From: Candidatus Aminicenantes bacterium
GTDB lineage: Bacteria > Acidobacteriota > Aminicenantia > Aminicenantales > CALLJL01
Length of the DNA stretch: 64,000 bases
Direction: 5' to 3'
Assembly (NCBI GenBank): GCA_026416195.1
Contig: JAOAFQ010000191.1
Coordinates: 28,719-92,718 of the forward strand
The notes under the pieces were generated by a model. It was not told the DNA's origin. It was given only the letters and a program-made list of their open reading frames with translations, and did no database searches. Every line of letters starts with the position of its first letter. The stretch's first letter is position 1. This document shows, piece by piece, positions 1-10,800 of the stretch. A program made the translations under genes and the position numbers.

Positions 1-379
1 GGTTCTTATTGTTTAAATGTAATTCTTCCCCCTTCTGAAAAAGGAGTTTATTCTCTCGTTATTTTTATCTAATCCCTAAGCATTTAGAAATAAAACAGCC
101 TCTTTTGAAGGGCTGGCTGGCGGCCCAAGGGTTGAGAAAAGGAAAGGAAGCGGGTTTGAAGAAAACCTTTCCAACCAGCCCAAAGCCAGTATATAAGCAA
201 AAAATAAGCTTGTCAAAAGGCCTCCTAAGCAAGAAATTGAGAGCCTTTGGCCTTAGAATTAAAGCCGTTCTTGAAAATTTAGTTCAGAAAATTAGACCGA
301 GGGATAAAATTGATTTTGAATTTTCCAATTCAAATGAGTTATTATCAAGCCTTAAGAATTTAAATTAAGGAAAGAAAAC

Positions 380-1912
380 ATGAGCTTTCAAGATTATTTT
401 TTTAAAGAAATTCCTAGACGGGAGTTCCTCGAATTGAGCCTCAAAGGCAGTGTGGCTTTGGCTTCAGCTGCGACGCTTCTTTCAAATCTACTTTCTGGCG
501 AAACCCAGCCTAAAGAGATCGTTTCCCTATTTTCCCGTGAGGATCTTAATAAAGTTATCCAACAGGCCTTAAGATATGGTGGTGATTTTGCTGAAGTTTA
601 CTTAGAGCATCGCCTCTCTCGAAGCCTTCTTCTTGAAGAAGGGAAATTTAAAAGCGCCATCTATCGTTTAAGCCAGGGAGCTGGGGTTAGAGTTATGGCT
701 GGCGACAAAACTGGTTATGCCTATACTGATGAACTAACTATGGAAAAATTACTTCGAGCCGCTGAGGTAGCTTCTTATATTGCTCGGAATGGAAAGACCA
801 TCAAGCCAGTCCCAATTAAAGAGCAGAAGGGTCCTAACTACATCACCGTAAAAATCCCCTTGCAAATAGTGGCTGATGAAAAGCGGCTAGAAATAATGCA
901 AAGAGCTCATGAGGCGGCTTTAGCCTATGATGCTCGGATCAAAATGGCCTCGATCGATTATTACGATGAAATCCGAGGCCGAGTAATTGCTAATAGCGAA
1001 GGCCTTTATATTTTTGATGAGCTGCCTTTGATTTTCTTTACTGTCCAGACTTTAGGCGTAGGAAACAACACTTCTCATTTAGGCCGAGAAAGAATTAGTC
1101 GTCGCTGTGGAATAGAGCTCTTCGATGAAATCAAGCCGGAAGATGTCGCTCGGACATGTGCTCGAGAGTCAGTCGCAATGCTTGAGGCCAAGGAGGCCCC
1201 AGCTGGCAAAATGGATGTCGTTGTTCAGAATGGCTGGGGAGGTGTTCTGGTTCATGAAGCCGTTGGTCATCCCTTGGAAGCGGATAATATCGCCAAAGGT
1301 ATTGGTATTTTTGTTGGCAAAATGGATAAAAAAGTAGCTAGCGACGTTTTTACCCTGGTCGACGATGGTAGCCTCCCCAATTTCCGGGGGACAACTAACT
1401 TTGACGATGAAGGAACACCCATGAAGCGAAATGTCTTGATTAAAGATGGAGTTCTAGTAAAGTTCATGACCGATCTTCTTTCAGCCAAGCAGCTAAAAAT
1501 GGAAAAAACTGGCAATGGTCGCCGCGAAAGCTTTCAGTTTATGCCTATCCCTCGGATGACTAATACCTTCATTGAAAGAGGGAAAGATAATCCCCAGGAG
1601 ATTATTGCCTCAACCAAGAAAGGTCTTTATGTTCAGAGCATAAGCGGCGGTAGTGTCAACCCCATTACCGGTGTTTTTAACTTTACTTGTCGAGAAGCTT
1701 ATCTTATTGAAAATGGCCAAAAGACCATCCCCGTTAAAGGAGCCACGCTAGTCGGCCATTGCCTTGACATCATTCAAGGAATCGATGCAGTGGGCCATGA
1801 TCTTGATTTTGGTCCAGGAATATGCGGCAAAGGTCAGATCGCAGAAGTTACGGCTGGCCAACCAACGGTAAGAATTAGAGGAATTAACGTTGGTGGAACC
1901 AGAGGACGGTGA
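380..1912 (+). CDS. tldD: TldD-family metalloprotease (TldD/PmbA superfamily) with a twin-arginine-like N-terminal signal
   Basis: The 510-aa ORF has the length and domain layout of TldD/PmbA and sits directly upstream of a second family member. The N-terminus (PRREFLELSLKGSVALASAATLL) fits an RR motif followed by a hydrophobic h-region. An SD-like sequence (aaggaaag) precedes the ATG. Confidence 0.75.
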   Translation: MSFQDYFFKEIPRREFLELSLKGSVALASAATLLSNLLSGETQPKEIVSLFSREDLNKVIQQALRYGGDFAEVYLEHRLSRSLLLEEGKFKSAIYRLSQGAGVRVMAGDKTGYAYTDELTMEKLLRAAEVASYIARNGKTIKPVPIKEQKGPNYITVKIPLQIVADEKRLEIMQRAHEAALAYDARIKMASIDYYDEIRGRVIANSEGLYIFDELPLIFFTVQTLGVGNNTSHLGRERISRRCGIELFDEIKPEDVARTCARESVAMLEAKEAPAGKMDVVVQNGWGGVLVHEAVGHPLEADNIAKGIGIFVGKMDKKVASDVFTLVDDGSLPNFRGTTNFDDEGTPMKRNVLIKDGVLVKFMTDLLSAKQLKMEKTGNGRRESFQFMPIPRMTNTFIERGKDNPQEIIASTKKGLYVQSISGGSVNPITGVFNFTCREAYLIENGQKTIPVKGATLVGHCLDIIQGIDAVGHDLDFGPGICGKGQIAEVTAGQPTVRIRGINVGGTRGR

Positions 1913-2113
1913 AGGAAAGGAGTTAGGATAAGATTAATACCTTATACCTTATTATACCTATAGGAATAGTAAAATATAAAGTTAAATGAATTTTAATTTC
2001 AGCCAAAAAAGGAAAAGGAAAAGGAAAAAAGAAAACAAGAGAAAAAGAGGAAGATAGGGGTAGGTCAGAAAAAATAAAAGAACTTGATTGATTGAAATAG
2101 AAAGGAGCTCAAC

Positions 2114-3448
2114 ATGGACTTTAAAGATTTGGCTAAACAAACAATAAAAAAGTGTTTAAAAAAAGGAGCTGAAGCCGCTGAAATTTATCTTGAAAATGGT
2201 CGTAATTTAACCATTGAAGTTAGAAATGGAGAGATCGAGAGGATTCAAGAAGCTGCTAGCTATGGAGCAGGCCTAAGGATCATCATTAAAGGTCGAATGG
2301 CTTTTGCTAGTTCTAATGATCTCAAAGAAAAATCTTTAGATGAGGCCATCAATCGAGCTATTGCTTTCGCTAAAATCACTTCGGCCGATCCAGCCAATGT
2401 TCTCCCCGATGACCCTAGGGTTAGTCCAGTAGAAGGACTCTATGATCCCCTGATTAGACAAGTTCCGATTGACGAAAAAATAGAATTATTGCGTCGCCTT
2501 GAAAAATTAGCCATGAAAGATTCCCGAATTACTAAAAGCGGTGGGGCCACTTACCGAGAGGGAGAAGGAGAAATTATCCTAGCCAATTCCAATGGCTTAC
2601 TTAAATCTTTCCAGGCCACAGTTTGTGGTTATGGAATTGAGGTCGTGGCCGAAAAGGGCGAACAAAAATCTTCAGGCAGTGATTTTCGTCAACGCCGCTT
2701 TTATGCTGATTTGCCTCCCCTGGAAGAAGTAGCCTCCAAAGCCGCCCGCGAAGCTTCGGAAATGCTTGATCCCCGGCCAGTGAAAACTCAGCGGGCCGCC
2801 GTCATCTTTGATCGCGAAGTGGCCTACGCTCTTCTTGGGGGAATCCTGTCTGCCTTAAATGGAGAAAGAGTCCTTCAGGGAGCTAGTTTTCTTGGAAAAA
2901 AATTGGGCCAAAAAATTGCGTCTGATTTCCTTACTCTCATTGACGACGGACTTCGACCCAAAGGATTAGCCAGCAAACCCTTTGATGGCGAAGGAGTAGC
3001 TACTCAAAGAAGAATAATCGTCCATAAAGGTATTCTTCAAGGCTATATGTATAATACCATAGTAGCCAAAAGAGCCGGCGTCGAGAGCACTGGAAATGCT
3101 AGCCGCAACAGCTTCTCCAGCCTTCCTGGGATTGGCCCTCATAATTTTTATATGGAAGCAGGTCAGGCCAAACCTGAAGATATAATTAAAGCGACGAAAA
3201 CTGGCTTTCTAGTAAAAGAAATCACTGGCTATGGGATTAATCCTGTAAATGGTCACTTCAGCGGCGGAGCTTCTGGTTTCTGGATTGAAAATGGACGAAT
3301 TGCCTTTCCAGTCAAAGGCTTAACGATAGCAGGTTCAGCCGATGAAATTCTTTTTGGTCTTGATTTGGTTGCCAATGACCTTGATTTAAACCGGATTGTA
3401 GCTGCTCCAACTTTCCGAGTTAAGGCTCTTCAAATTGGCGGCGATTAA
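2114..3448 (+). CDS. pmbA: PmbA/TldE-family protein (partner of TldD)
   Basis: The 444-aa ORF is the second TldD/PmbA-family paralog and is co-oriented downstream of the tldD-like gene. It has no signal peptide. A GGAG RBS lies upstream. Confidence 0.75.
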   Translation: MDFKDLAKQTIKKCLKKGAEAAEIYLENGRNLTIEVRNGEIERIQEAASYGAGLRIIIKGRMAFASSNDLKEKSLDEAINRAIAFAKITSADPANVLPDDPRVSPVEGLYDPLIRQVPIDEKIELLRRLEKLAMKDSRITKSGGATYREGEGEIILANSNGLLKSFQATVCGYGIEVVAEKGEQKSSGSDFRQRRFYADLPPLEEVASKAAREASEMLDPRPVKTQRAAVIFDREVAYALLGGILSALNGERVLQGASFLGKKLGQKIASDFLTLIDDGLRPKGLASKPFDGEGVATQRRIIVHKGILQGYMYNTIVAKRAGVESTGNASRNSFSSLPGIGPHNFYMEAGQAKPEDIIKATKTGFLVKEITGYGINPVNGHFSGGASGFWIENGRIAFPVKGLTIAGSADEILFGLDLVANDLDLNRIVAAPTFRVKALQIGGD

Positions 3449-3458
3449 AAGGAAAAAA

Positions 3459-4973
3459 TCAAATCGAAAAAAGCTCTTTAGTGGAAAAATTAGGGTCAGA
3501 AGTCAAATTAACTCCTAGCCTTCTTAATCCAGCTTCGTCACCAGGAGTGGGCATATGGGTCAAGTGAACCTCACAACCTCGAAGATATTTTAATTTTTCT
3601 AGAGCCAATTGAACCGTTGGGTTAGTTGAAGCATTGATACTTAAGCTGATTAGAACTTCTTCAAGGTTGAGGCTTACGGCCTTTGTTCCGATAATATCTT
3701 CCTTCATTCTCCGAATGGATTCAATAATGGAGGGCGAAAGAAGGTGAATTTTATCAGGAATTTCAGCTAGTTTTTTAATGGCGTTGAGGACCAAACTTGA
3801 GGCCGCGTGCATTAAAGGCGAATTTTTCCCCGTAACGATAGTTCCGTCTTTAAGTTCAATAGCGGCGCCACAATAAACTCCCTTATGCCCTTTACCTTTT
3901 TCCATCGCTTCCCGAGCTGCCTCACGAGCTGCTACCACCACGCGCCGATTTTCCGGCTTAACTTCAAGTTCTTTCATTAAAAGCTCGACTCTCTGGACGG
4001 TTTCCTTTTCTATAAAGCCCATAGCGTATTCACAGGCATAGCGAAAATAACGGCGAATTAATTCTTGCCGCGCCGCCTCCTTAACTACCTCTTCATCAAT
4101 TATGCCAGCGGCCACACAATTTACCCCCATATCCGTAGGCGATTTATATATTGACTCTGAGCCTGTAATCCTTTCTAAAATCCTCTTGACCACGGGAAAA
4201 ATCTCAATGTCCCGATTGTAATTAATAGCGACAACACCATAAGCCTCTAGATGAAAGGGATCAACGAGGTTAAAATCGCCGATATCAGCGGTGGCAGCCT
4301 CGTAGGCCACATTAACTGGGTGCTTTAAAGGCAGGTTCCAAATAGGGAAAGTTTCAAATTTAGCCAGCCCAGCGGCCACTCCTCGTTTGTGTTCATGATA
4401 AAGCTGAGAAAGACAAGTGGCCAGCTTGCCACTTCCAGGGCCAGGTCCAGTTACCACAACTAAAGGCTTCTCCGTTTCAATAAATTCATTAGCTCCATAG
4501 CCTTCATCGCTGACAATAGTATCGACATCTGTTGGATAACCTTTGGTATAAGCATGGGTATAAACTCTGAGGCCTCGTCTTTCCAGCTTATTTTTAAATA
4601 TTTTTGCAGCCGGCTGATTCTCAAACCGGGTAATAATTACCCCCTTGACCTCAAGGGCCCATTCTTTAAGCTCATCTATCATTTTTAGGGCGTCAGCCTC
4701 ATAAGTGATGCCAAAATCAGCCCGTAACTTCCTTTTCTCGATATCACCCGCATAAATACAAAGCAAAATTTCAGCCTTATCCCGCAGAAGCTGGAGCAGT
4801 CTCATTTTGATATTAGGGTCATAGCCGGGAAGGACTCGGGCTGCGTGATAATCATAAAGAAGCTTACCACCAAATTCGAGATAGAGCTTATTGTTAAATC
4901 TCTTAATTCGCTCTAAAATAGCCCTAGTTTGAACTTCGAGGTATTTTTCGTTGTCAAAGCCAACTTTACCCAT
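3459..4973 (-). CDS. UPF0371/DUF1846 family protein
   Basis: The N-terminus (KYLEVQTRAILERIKRFNNKLYLEFGGKLLYDYHAARVLPGYDPNIKMRLL) matches the UPF0371 family signature as I recall it. Its roughly 500-aa length is typical for the family. Confidence 0.65.
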   Translation of the reverse strand: MGKVGFDNEKYLEVQTRAILERIKRFNNKLYLEFGGKLLYDYHAARVLPGYDPNIKMRLLQLLRDKAEILLCIYAGDIEKRKLRADFGITYEADALKMIDELKEWALEVKGVIITRFENQPAAKIFKNKLERRGLRVYTHAYTKGYPTDVDTIVSDEGYGANEFIETEKPLVVVTGPGPGSGKLATCLSQLYHEHKRGVAAGLAKFETFPIWNLPLKHPVNVAYEAATADIGDFNLVDPFHLEAYGVVAINYNRDIEIFPVVKRILERITGSESIYKSPTDMGVNCVAAGIIDEEVVKEAARQELIRRYFRYACEYAMGFIEKETVQRVELLMKELEVKPENRRVVVAAREAAREAMEKGKGHKGVYCGAAIELKDGTIVTGKNSPLMHAASSLVLNAIKKLAEIPDKIHLLSPSIIESIRRMKEDIIGTKAVSLNLEEVLISLSINASTNPTVQLALEKLKYLRGCEVHLTHMPTPGDEAGLRRLGVNLTSDPNFSTKELFSI

Positions 4974-5295
4974 CCTGAAAATTTTCTCCTCTCAATTTGA
5001 AAACCTTTTATGCCCTCTTTTTTTAATTAAGTCAAATCTTATTAGAACTATTCCCTGGCTTTTCTTTAAGCTTTAATAATAATATAACCAAGGCAAAATA
5101 AAAGATGAAACCACCATGAGAAGGAAGCAATCCTGGTTGGAGTAATTAATTGACAAAAATTGCTTTTTTTGTCTCAATCTACTTCGAGAGATTAGGTCTA
5201 TGGCTATATGATTGAAGCTAATTAGAACTAAAAAATAATTTATCCTAAAAGCAAATGAAGATACCAACTTAACCGGAATTTTTTAAGTAAGATTA

Positions 5296-6333
5296 ATGAT
5301 TAATTGCCGCCGCTGCCAACAAGAAAAAGCTGCCCAAGCCATCGGTCTAGGCCCATCTTGCCTAAAAGAAGTCGTTACTGAGGAAATCATTAGCCAAGCT
5401 CATTTCTCCCGCCAAAAATATGGACTTCCGTCTTCTCCCCCAAGGAATAAACCTGGCTTACTCTGTAGTTATTGTGCCAATGAATGCCAACTAGGTGAGG
5501 GCCAGGTAGGTTTTTGTGGTCTTAGAATTAATCGAAGTGGTCGAATTAATTCGCTAGCGCCTGAAAAATATTTTGCCGCCTCTTTTTATTATGACCCATT
5601 GCCGACTAATTGTTGTGCCGCTTGGTTTTGCCCTGGCTCAAAGGAAAGAGGCGTCAATCTCGCTGTCTTTTTTTATGGCTGCAATTTTGATTGTCTTTTC
5701 TGCCAAAATGCCACCCACCGCCTGATTCGGATAACTTCCTTCTTATCCTTAGAAGAATTAGTCAAAGCGGCTCTAGTCCCTCAGGTAAGATGCGTCTGCT
5801 TTTTTGGCGGCTCACCAGAACCTCAGCTTCCTCTGGCAATTGAAGCTAGCCAGGAAATAACACGTCAGGCCAAACGAAAAATTCGGATTTGTTGGGAGTG
5901 GAATGGCGGTGGCCACCCCACTCTTGTCCAAAAAGCAGCCGAGATCAGTCTAGAAACGGGTGGCACAGTTAAATTTGATTTAAAAGCTTGGTCCCCTGCC
6001 ATCGGCCGCGTTCTCTGCGGGGTTTCTCTCGACCGGTCTTTTGAGAATTTAAGCCGGCTCGGCCGCCTTTTCCCCCAAGCTGATTTCTTAACCGCTACGA
6101 CTCTCCTTGTTCCTTTTTATATCGATGAAGGAGAGGTCGAGTCTATCGCTCGTTTTTTAGCTTCTATTAATCCTGATTTCCCCTATTCCCTCCTTATTTT
6201 CCATCCTGACGATCGTCTTCGAGATTTGCCCATAACTCCAAAGCAACAAGTTCAAGCTTGTTATGAAGCGGCCAGACGTTATTTAAGGAGAGTCAATGTG
6301 GGCAATTTACATCTTTTAGAAAGGATTTTATGA
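5296..6333 (+). CDS. radical SAM enzyme, PflA-like activase type (AmmeMemoRadiSam-like)
   Basis: It carries the CNFDCLFCQN motif (CxxxCxxC) and an N-terminal Cys-rich segment (CSYCANECQLGEGQVGFCGLR) typical of PFL-activase-like radical SAM enzymes. It is 345 aa long. Confidence 0.6.
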   Translation: MINCRRCQQEKAAQAIGLGPSCLKEVVTEEIISQAHFSRQKYGLPSSPPRNKPGLLCSYCANECQLGEGQVGFCGLRINRSGRINSLAPEKYFAASFYYDPLPTNCCAAWFCPGSKERGVNLAVFFYGCNFDCLFCQNATHRLIRITSFLSLEELVKAALVPQVRCVCFFGGSPEPQLPLAIEASQEITRQAKRKIRICWEWNGGGHPTLVQKAAEISLETGGTVKFDLKAWSPAIGRVLCGVSLDRSFENLSRLGRLFPQADFLTATTLLVPFYIDEGEVESIARFLASINPDFPYSLLIFHPDDRLRDLPITPKQQVQACYEAARRYLRRVNVGNLHLLERIL

Positions 6334-7607
6334 AAAAAGGTCGAATCTTTTTTTCCTGGTTCTGGGTCATCCTTTGTGCTGCTTCCATCTTCGCCATCGT
6401 TCCTCTGGCAAGGTCAATTCAAAATTTAGTAACTCGGACCTTGGGTCGCGCCGCTTTTGGCTATTTTGTTCTTTTTTCGATAGCTCTTTTTTTTGTCCTG
6501 ATAATTTGGTTACTTGTTTTTCGGCTTAAAATTCGGAGAATTTCGAGTTACCTTTGTCTGACTCTAGTTAGTTCGACCTATGTTTATTTCACCCTAAAAC
6601 TTTGGGCCCATCCGGAAGAAGCCATTCATTTCCTCGAATATGGTTTATTAAGTTTTCTTCTTTTTCGGGCTTTAAGGAACCATTTCTCTGACTTGTCCAT
6701 TTATTTCTCGGCCTTATTTCTTGGTTCCTTCGTCGGCCTATTGGACGAAATTCTTCAATGGATAACTCCAAAAAGATACTGGGATTTTCGAGATGTTGGC
6801 CTAAATGCTTTAGCTGTTTTTCTCTTTCAAATAGCGCTGGCTTTTGGGCTTCAACCAAGGGGAATCTCTCTATCAATTTCGCCTCGGAGTTTGCGCTTCG
6901 CCTCTTTAACCTTGGCAGCCAATTTAATTCTCCTAGGCCTATGCTTTTCTAATACCCCGCAAAGAGTAGCCCAGTACAGCCGCTTCTTACCTGGTCTGTC
7001 TTTTCTAGAAAAAGAAGAAATTATGCATGATTTCCAAATAAAAAAGCATCATCTGCCCGGTTTAGGGATCTTTTTTTCTCGTCTTGAGCTCGAAGAATTA
7101 AAGATGATTGATCGACAAAGAGGTAAAGAATTAGCCAATCTTCTTCATCAGTGGGCCGAAAAGCCCTATGAAGAATTCTTAAGGACTTTTGGGGCTCAAA
7201 AAGAGCCCTTTCTTCATGAGTTTCGGGTTAGACTTTTCCGTCGTGACCAAAAATTAAAAGAAGCCCAACAATTACCTCCTGGTCGAAAAAAAGACAAAGC
7301 TTTATTGGCTGCCTATCGAGAAAATCTCTTTCTTGAAAGATATTTTGGCCAAACTTTGAGGCTGTCAGGAAAGGCTTGGCCCGATGATTTGACCTATCAG
7401 CTGGCTAAAAAAATCAATCCTAAAACTCCTTATCGGAGTCCTGTGGGCGCAGGTTTTTGGCTCTTCCGCAGCGAATTGACCCTTTGGCTAACCATTATTA
7501 TCCTTCTTCTTATCCTAGCCATGATAAACCTAATTTTTGCTTTTTTAAAACAGGAGCAAAAGAAAAAAAATCAGCCAGCGGGGGGAATCGAACCCTCGAC
7601 CTGCTGA
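6330..7607 (+). CDS. VanZ-like membrane protein with a long C-terminal extension
   Basis: Its start overlaps the upstream radical SAM stop (ATGA). The N-terminal hydrophobic region carries VanZ-like motifs (HFLEYGLL ... LLDEILQWITPKRYWDFRDVGLNALAVF). The roughly 250-aa C-terminal part is unassigned. The 3' end overlaps tRNA-Thr on the opposite strand. Confidence 0.5.
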   Translation: MKKGRIFFSWFWVILCAASIFAIVPLARSIQNLVTRTLGRAAFGYFVLFSIALFFVLIIWLLVFRLKIRRISSYLCLTLVSSTYVYFTLKLWAHPEEAIHFLEYGLLSFLLFRALRNHFSDLSIYFSALFLGSFVGLLDEILQWITPKRYWDFRDVGLNALAVFLFQIALAFGLQPRGISLSISPRSLRFASLTLAANLILLGLCFSNTPQRVAQYSRFLPGLSFLEKEEIMHDFQIKKHHLPGLGIFFSRLELEELKMIDRQRGKELANLLHQWAEKPYEEFLRTFGAQKEPFLHEFRVRLFRRDQKLKEAQQLPPGRKKDKALLAAYRENLFLERYFGQTLRLSGKAWPDDLTYQLAKKINPKTPYRSPVGAGFWLFRSELTLWLTIIILLLILAMINLIFAFLKQEQKKKNQPAGGIEPSTC

Positions 7608-7645
7608 TTACGAATCAGCCGCTCTACCAACTGAGCTACGCTGGC
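7573..7645 (-). tRNA. tRNA-Thr (anticodon CGT)
   Basis: The reverse complement folds as a 73-nt cloverleaf: acceptor GCCAGCG/CGCTGGC, D-loop AGTTGGTAGAGC, anticodon stem GCTGA/TCAGC with loop TTCGTAA, and T-loop TTCGATT. CCA is not encoded. Confidence 0.85.
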
Positions 7646-7823
7646 TTTAAATTTCTCATTCCATTGATATCGGAATCAATCTGACCTGTCAAGATTGGGA
7701 GATATTTTAAATTTGGCTCAGATTTACTGGTCTCTTTAATTGGCAAAAAGCTTAAATTCCAGTAAAATACGTCCTGAGTCAAAAGAGACAGCTCTAGGTA
7801 ATAAATTCAACATTCATGATTAG

Positions 7824-10800
7824 ATGATCATAAAAAAGTTAGAAATTCATGGTTTTAAATCGTTTCCTGATCGGACCAAAATCATCTTCCATCCAGGCAT
7901 AACCGCTATAGTTGGACCTAATGGAACTGGAAAGAGCAATATCATTGATGCCATTCTTTGGGTGCTGGGAGGCCAGCGGCAGAAAGCGCTTCGGGGCGAA
8001 AAAACTGAGGATATTATTTTCAACGGCAATAATAATCGGCCGGCTCTCAGCTTAGCTGAGGTTATTATGACCCTCGAAGAAGGGCCTGAAGAGCTAGTTA
8101 TCAGCCATCGTCTTTTTCGGTCAGGCGAAAGTGAATACCGTCTAAACGGTAAACCTGTAAGACTACGGGATATTCAAGAGACTCTCTGGAAAAGGGAAGT
8201 GGCGGAAAAAGATTATTATATTATTGAACAGGGAAGTATCGGATTGCTTCTGACTTCAAAGCCTCAAGAAAAAAGACAACTCTTAGAAGAAGCGGCTGGC
8301 ACTGCCTTTTATAAAGAAAAGAAAAAGCAGGCCCAGCACAAATTAGAAGATACTGAACAAAATTTAACTCGCCTTGAAGATATTATAGCGGAAGTCGCCC
8401 GAACCAAAAATTCTTTAGCTCGTCAGGCAGCCGCAGCTCGCCGTTATCGTCAGTTGAGGGAAAAAATTCGGCAATTGCGAAGCCTCCTCTTCTTAAAAAA
8501 ACTAAACCAACTTGAGGAAAAAAAACAAGAAATTTTTCTTGCTTATCAAGCCTCACTAGACCTGGAAAATCAATGTCTGGCCAAAATAAAAGCTGCTGAA
8601 AAAGAGATCAGTTTTATCCGACAGAAACTATGGACCACCGGACCACAGCTTGATCAGGTTCGAGAGGAGCTCCATTCACTTGAAAAGTATCGTCAAAAAC
8701 TTGAAGCGACCAAAGAGACTAAAAAACTGGAATTCCTTGAGGAAAGGAAAAAACAGGCTCTTGAAGAAATTAGACAACTTGAGGAAGAAAAAAATGTTCT
8801 TGACCAAGAGCTGACTCTCTTAAAAACTGTCGAAACTGAACTTGAAGAAAATCTCAGAGAAAAGCATCAGATGTTTAATCAGGTTAAAAGGGACTGGGAA
8901 GAAAGCGATCAACGCCGTCGGCAAATGACGATTCAATTACAACAACTTCGAGATAACCATTTACAAAAGGTAGCCAATTTAACCGAAAAGAAAAATATGC
9001 TCAGTCGGTGGGAAAAAGAATTTGAGCTTTCATGGAAACAAGAAAACAAGCTCATAACCCAAAAAGAAAAAGCGGCTCAACAGCTTCAGTCCATTAAGGA
9101 CAAAATGGACAAAATGAGAACTCAAATCGAGGCAATCCAAAAAGAGAAAAAATTAGTTGAAAACGAAATTGAAAAAACTCAACAGGAAATTGAGCTCCTT
9201 AAAAAAGAGCTGGATAAAACTAGGGTTGAGGAAAGAGAAAAATTGAAAAGAAAAGAAGCTCTAATCTATGAAATTGAGACCTTAAATAAAATTAGAGAAA
9301 AATCAACAAGCCAACTTGGTTTTGAACTTCCTGGAAGCTGGGGGAGATTGCTGGATTTACTTAGCGCTGAACCAGGTTTTGGTCACTTACTTGATGTTTT
9401 TTTAGGTGAAGCTACTCAAGCCACTGTCATTCCGGCCGAAACTCTTCTCAGCGAGGAATTACCTGAAATAAAAGGCTTGATCTTTGTTCTCCCCTCTTCT
9501 CGAGAAAAAATTAAACCGGAATGGCCAGATCATCCAGAAATCATTGGGTGGCTCAAAGATAACCTTCATCCCCATGGACTTTTAGCTTCAAGATGGTCTG
9601 AATTCCCAGATGCTCTCGTAGTTCAGAATTTAAAAACAGCTATTGATCTCTGGCTTAAATACCCTGAGCTTAATTTTGTTACCTTAAAGGGAGAAATTCT
9701 ATTAGCTAATGGTCTACTAAGAGCCCCGAAAAGAGCCAATGGCCTTTTCGCCCTTAAAGAAGAGGAACAAAAACGTCACCAGGAACTCCTTAAAATTGAA
9801 GAAGAATTAAAACCTCTTGAAGCCAAAATAATGGAGCTAACTAAAAATGTTAAGCAAATGGAAACTTTTATTGAAGAAAAAAGACAGCGTGAAACAATTT
9901 TAGAGACCAAGCTTAAAGAGATGGACCGGGAAATAGCTCGCTTGAGAATGGAAGAAGATCAGCTTATTCAAAATCACAATCTTTTTGAAAATGAACTTGA
10001 ATTTCTTCTCCAAGAAAAAAAGCGAATCGAAACCGAACTCAATTTATTTAAAATTCAAATAAATTCCTTGGTTGAAGAAGAAATATTTATTAGAGATAAG
10101 ATAACGGCCTTGGAAAAAATTTTAGAAGAAGAAGAACAAAAGTTTAACTTTCAAACCCATCAGGTAATGGAGCTTAAGGCGCAGGTCGAAATTGAAGAAA
10201 CTAAAAGAAACCATCTTCGACGTCAGATTGAGGCCTTGGAGCAGAGAAAATCCCATCTGGCTCAGAAAATCCAAACCCTTACCACTCAAGTTGAGAGCTT
10301 GGAAAAAGAAGAAAAGGAAGTGAGACAAACTCTAAAAGCACTAGCTGAAGAAATAAAATCTATAAGCTCTAAAATCGAAAAAAAACAAGAAGAGGTTACA
10401 ATCTTGGAAAATCAATACCATCAGCTCCGGCAAGAAGACGAACTTAAGGAAAAAGAAATGGCTGAACTCCGGATCGCCTATGAAAATCAGAAAGATGAGC
10501 GAATGAAACATGAAATAGCCCGAACACAAGTGGAAAGAGATTTAGCCAATCTAGCTGAAAATTGTTGGCAAGAACTCAGAAAAACCCTTGAAGAGCTTAA
10601 AGCTGACTCACCTCAAAAAGAGATGTTCAGCGGTGAAATTGAAGCCGAATTGGCAAAAGCCGAAGAAGAACTCCAAAAATTCAAGGCCGTCAATCTAATG
10701 GCCGAGGAAGAATATCAACAGCAAAAGGAACGCTACAATTTTCTCCTGGCCCAAAGAAACGATCTTCGGGAATCTATCGAAGCCACCAAAAAAGCCATTG

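Noticed and set aside
105-368. 87-aa Lys-rich ORF upstream of tldD
   Set aside because: It has low complexity, no convincing RBS and no recognisable fold. It is more likely a chance ORF in the tldD leader, so it is not called.
1125-1515. ORFs embedded in or antisense to tldD (1125..1337 +, 1267..1515 -)
   Set aside because: They lie entirely inside a well-supported gene in alternative frames. The same reasoning rejects the other short embedded or antisense ORFs in the track, for example 6589..6876, 6758..6952, 7847..8029, 10122..10529, 12944..13327, 14748..15002, 15504..15758, 18109..18327, 18730..19812, 24211..25597, 41643..42416, 45914..46210, 48194..48397, 49206..49888, 51583..51882, 53416..53734, 55359..55559, 57341..57523, 59958..60703 and 61894..62440.
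7457-7684. 75-aa ORF spanning tRNA-Thr on the plus strand
   Set aside because: Its reading frame is simply the antisense of a tRNA plus the tail of the VanZ-like gene. It has no RBS.
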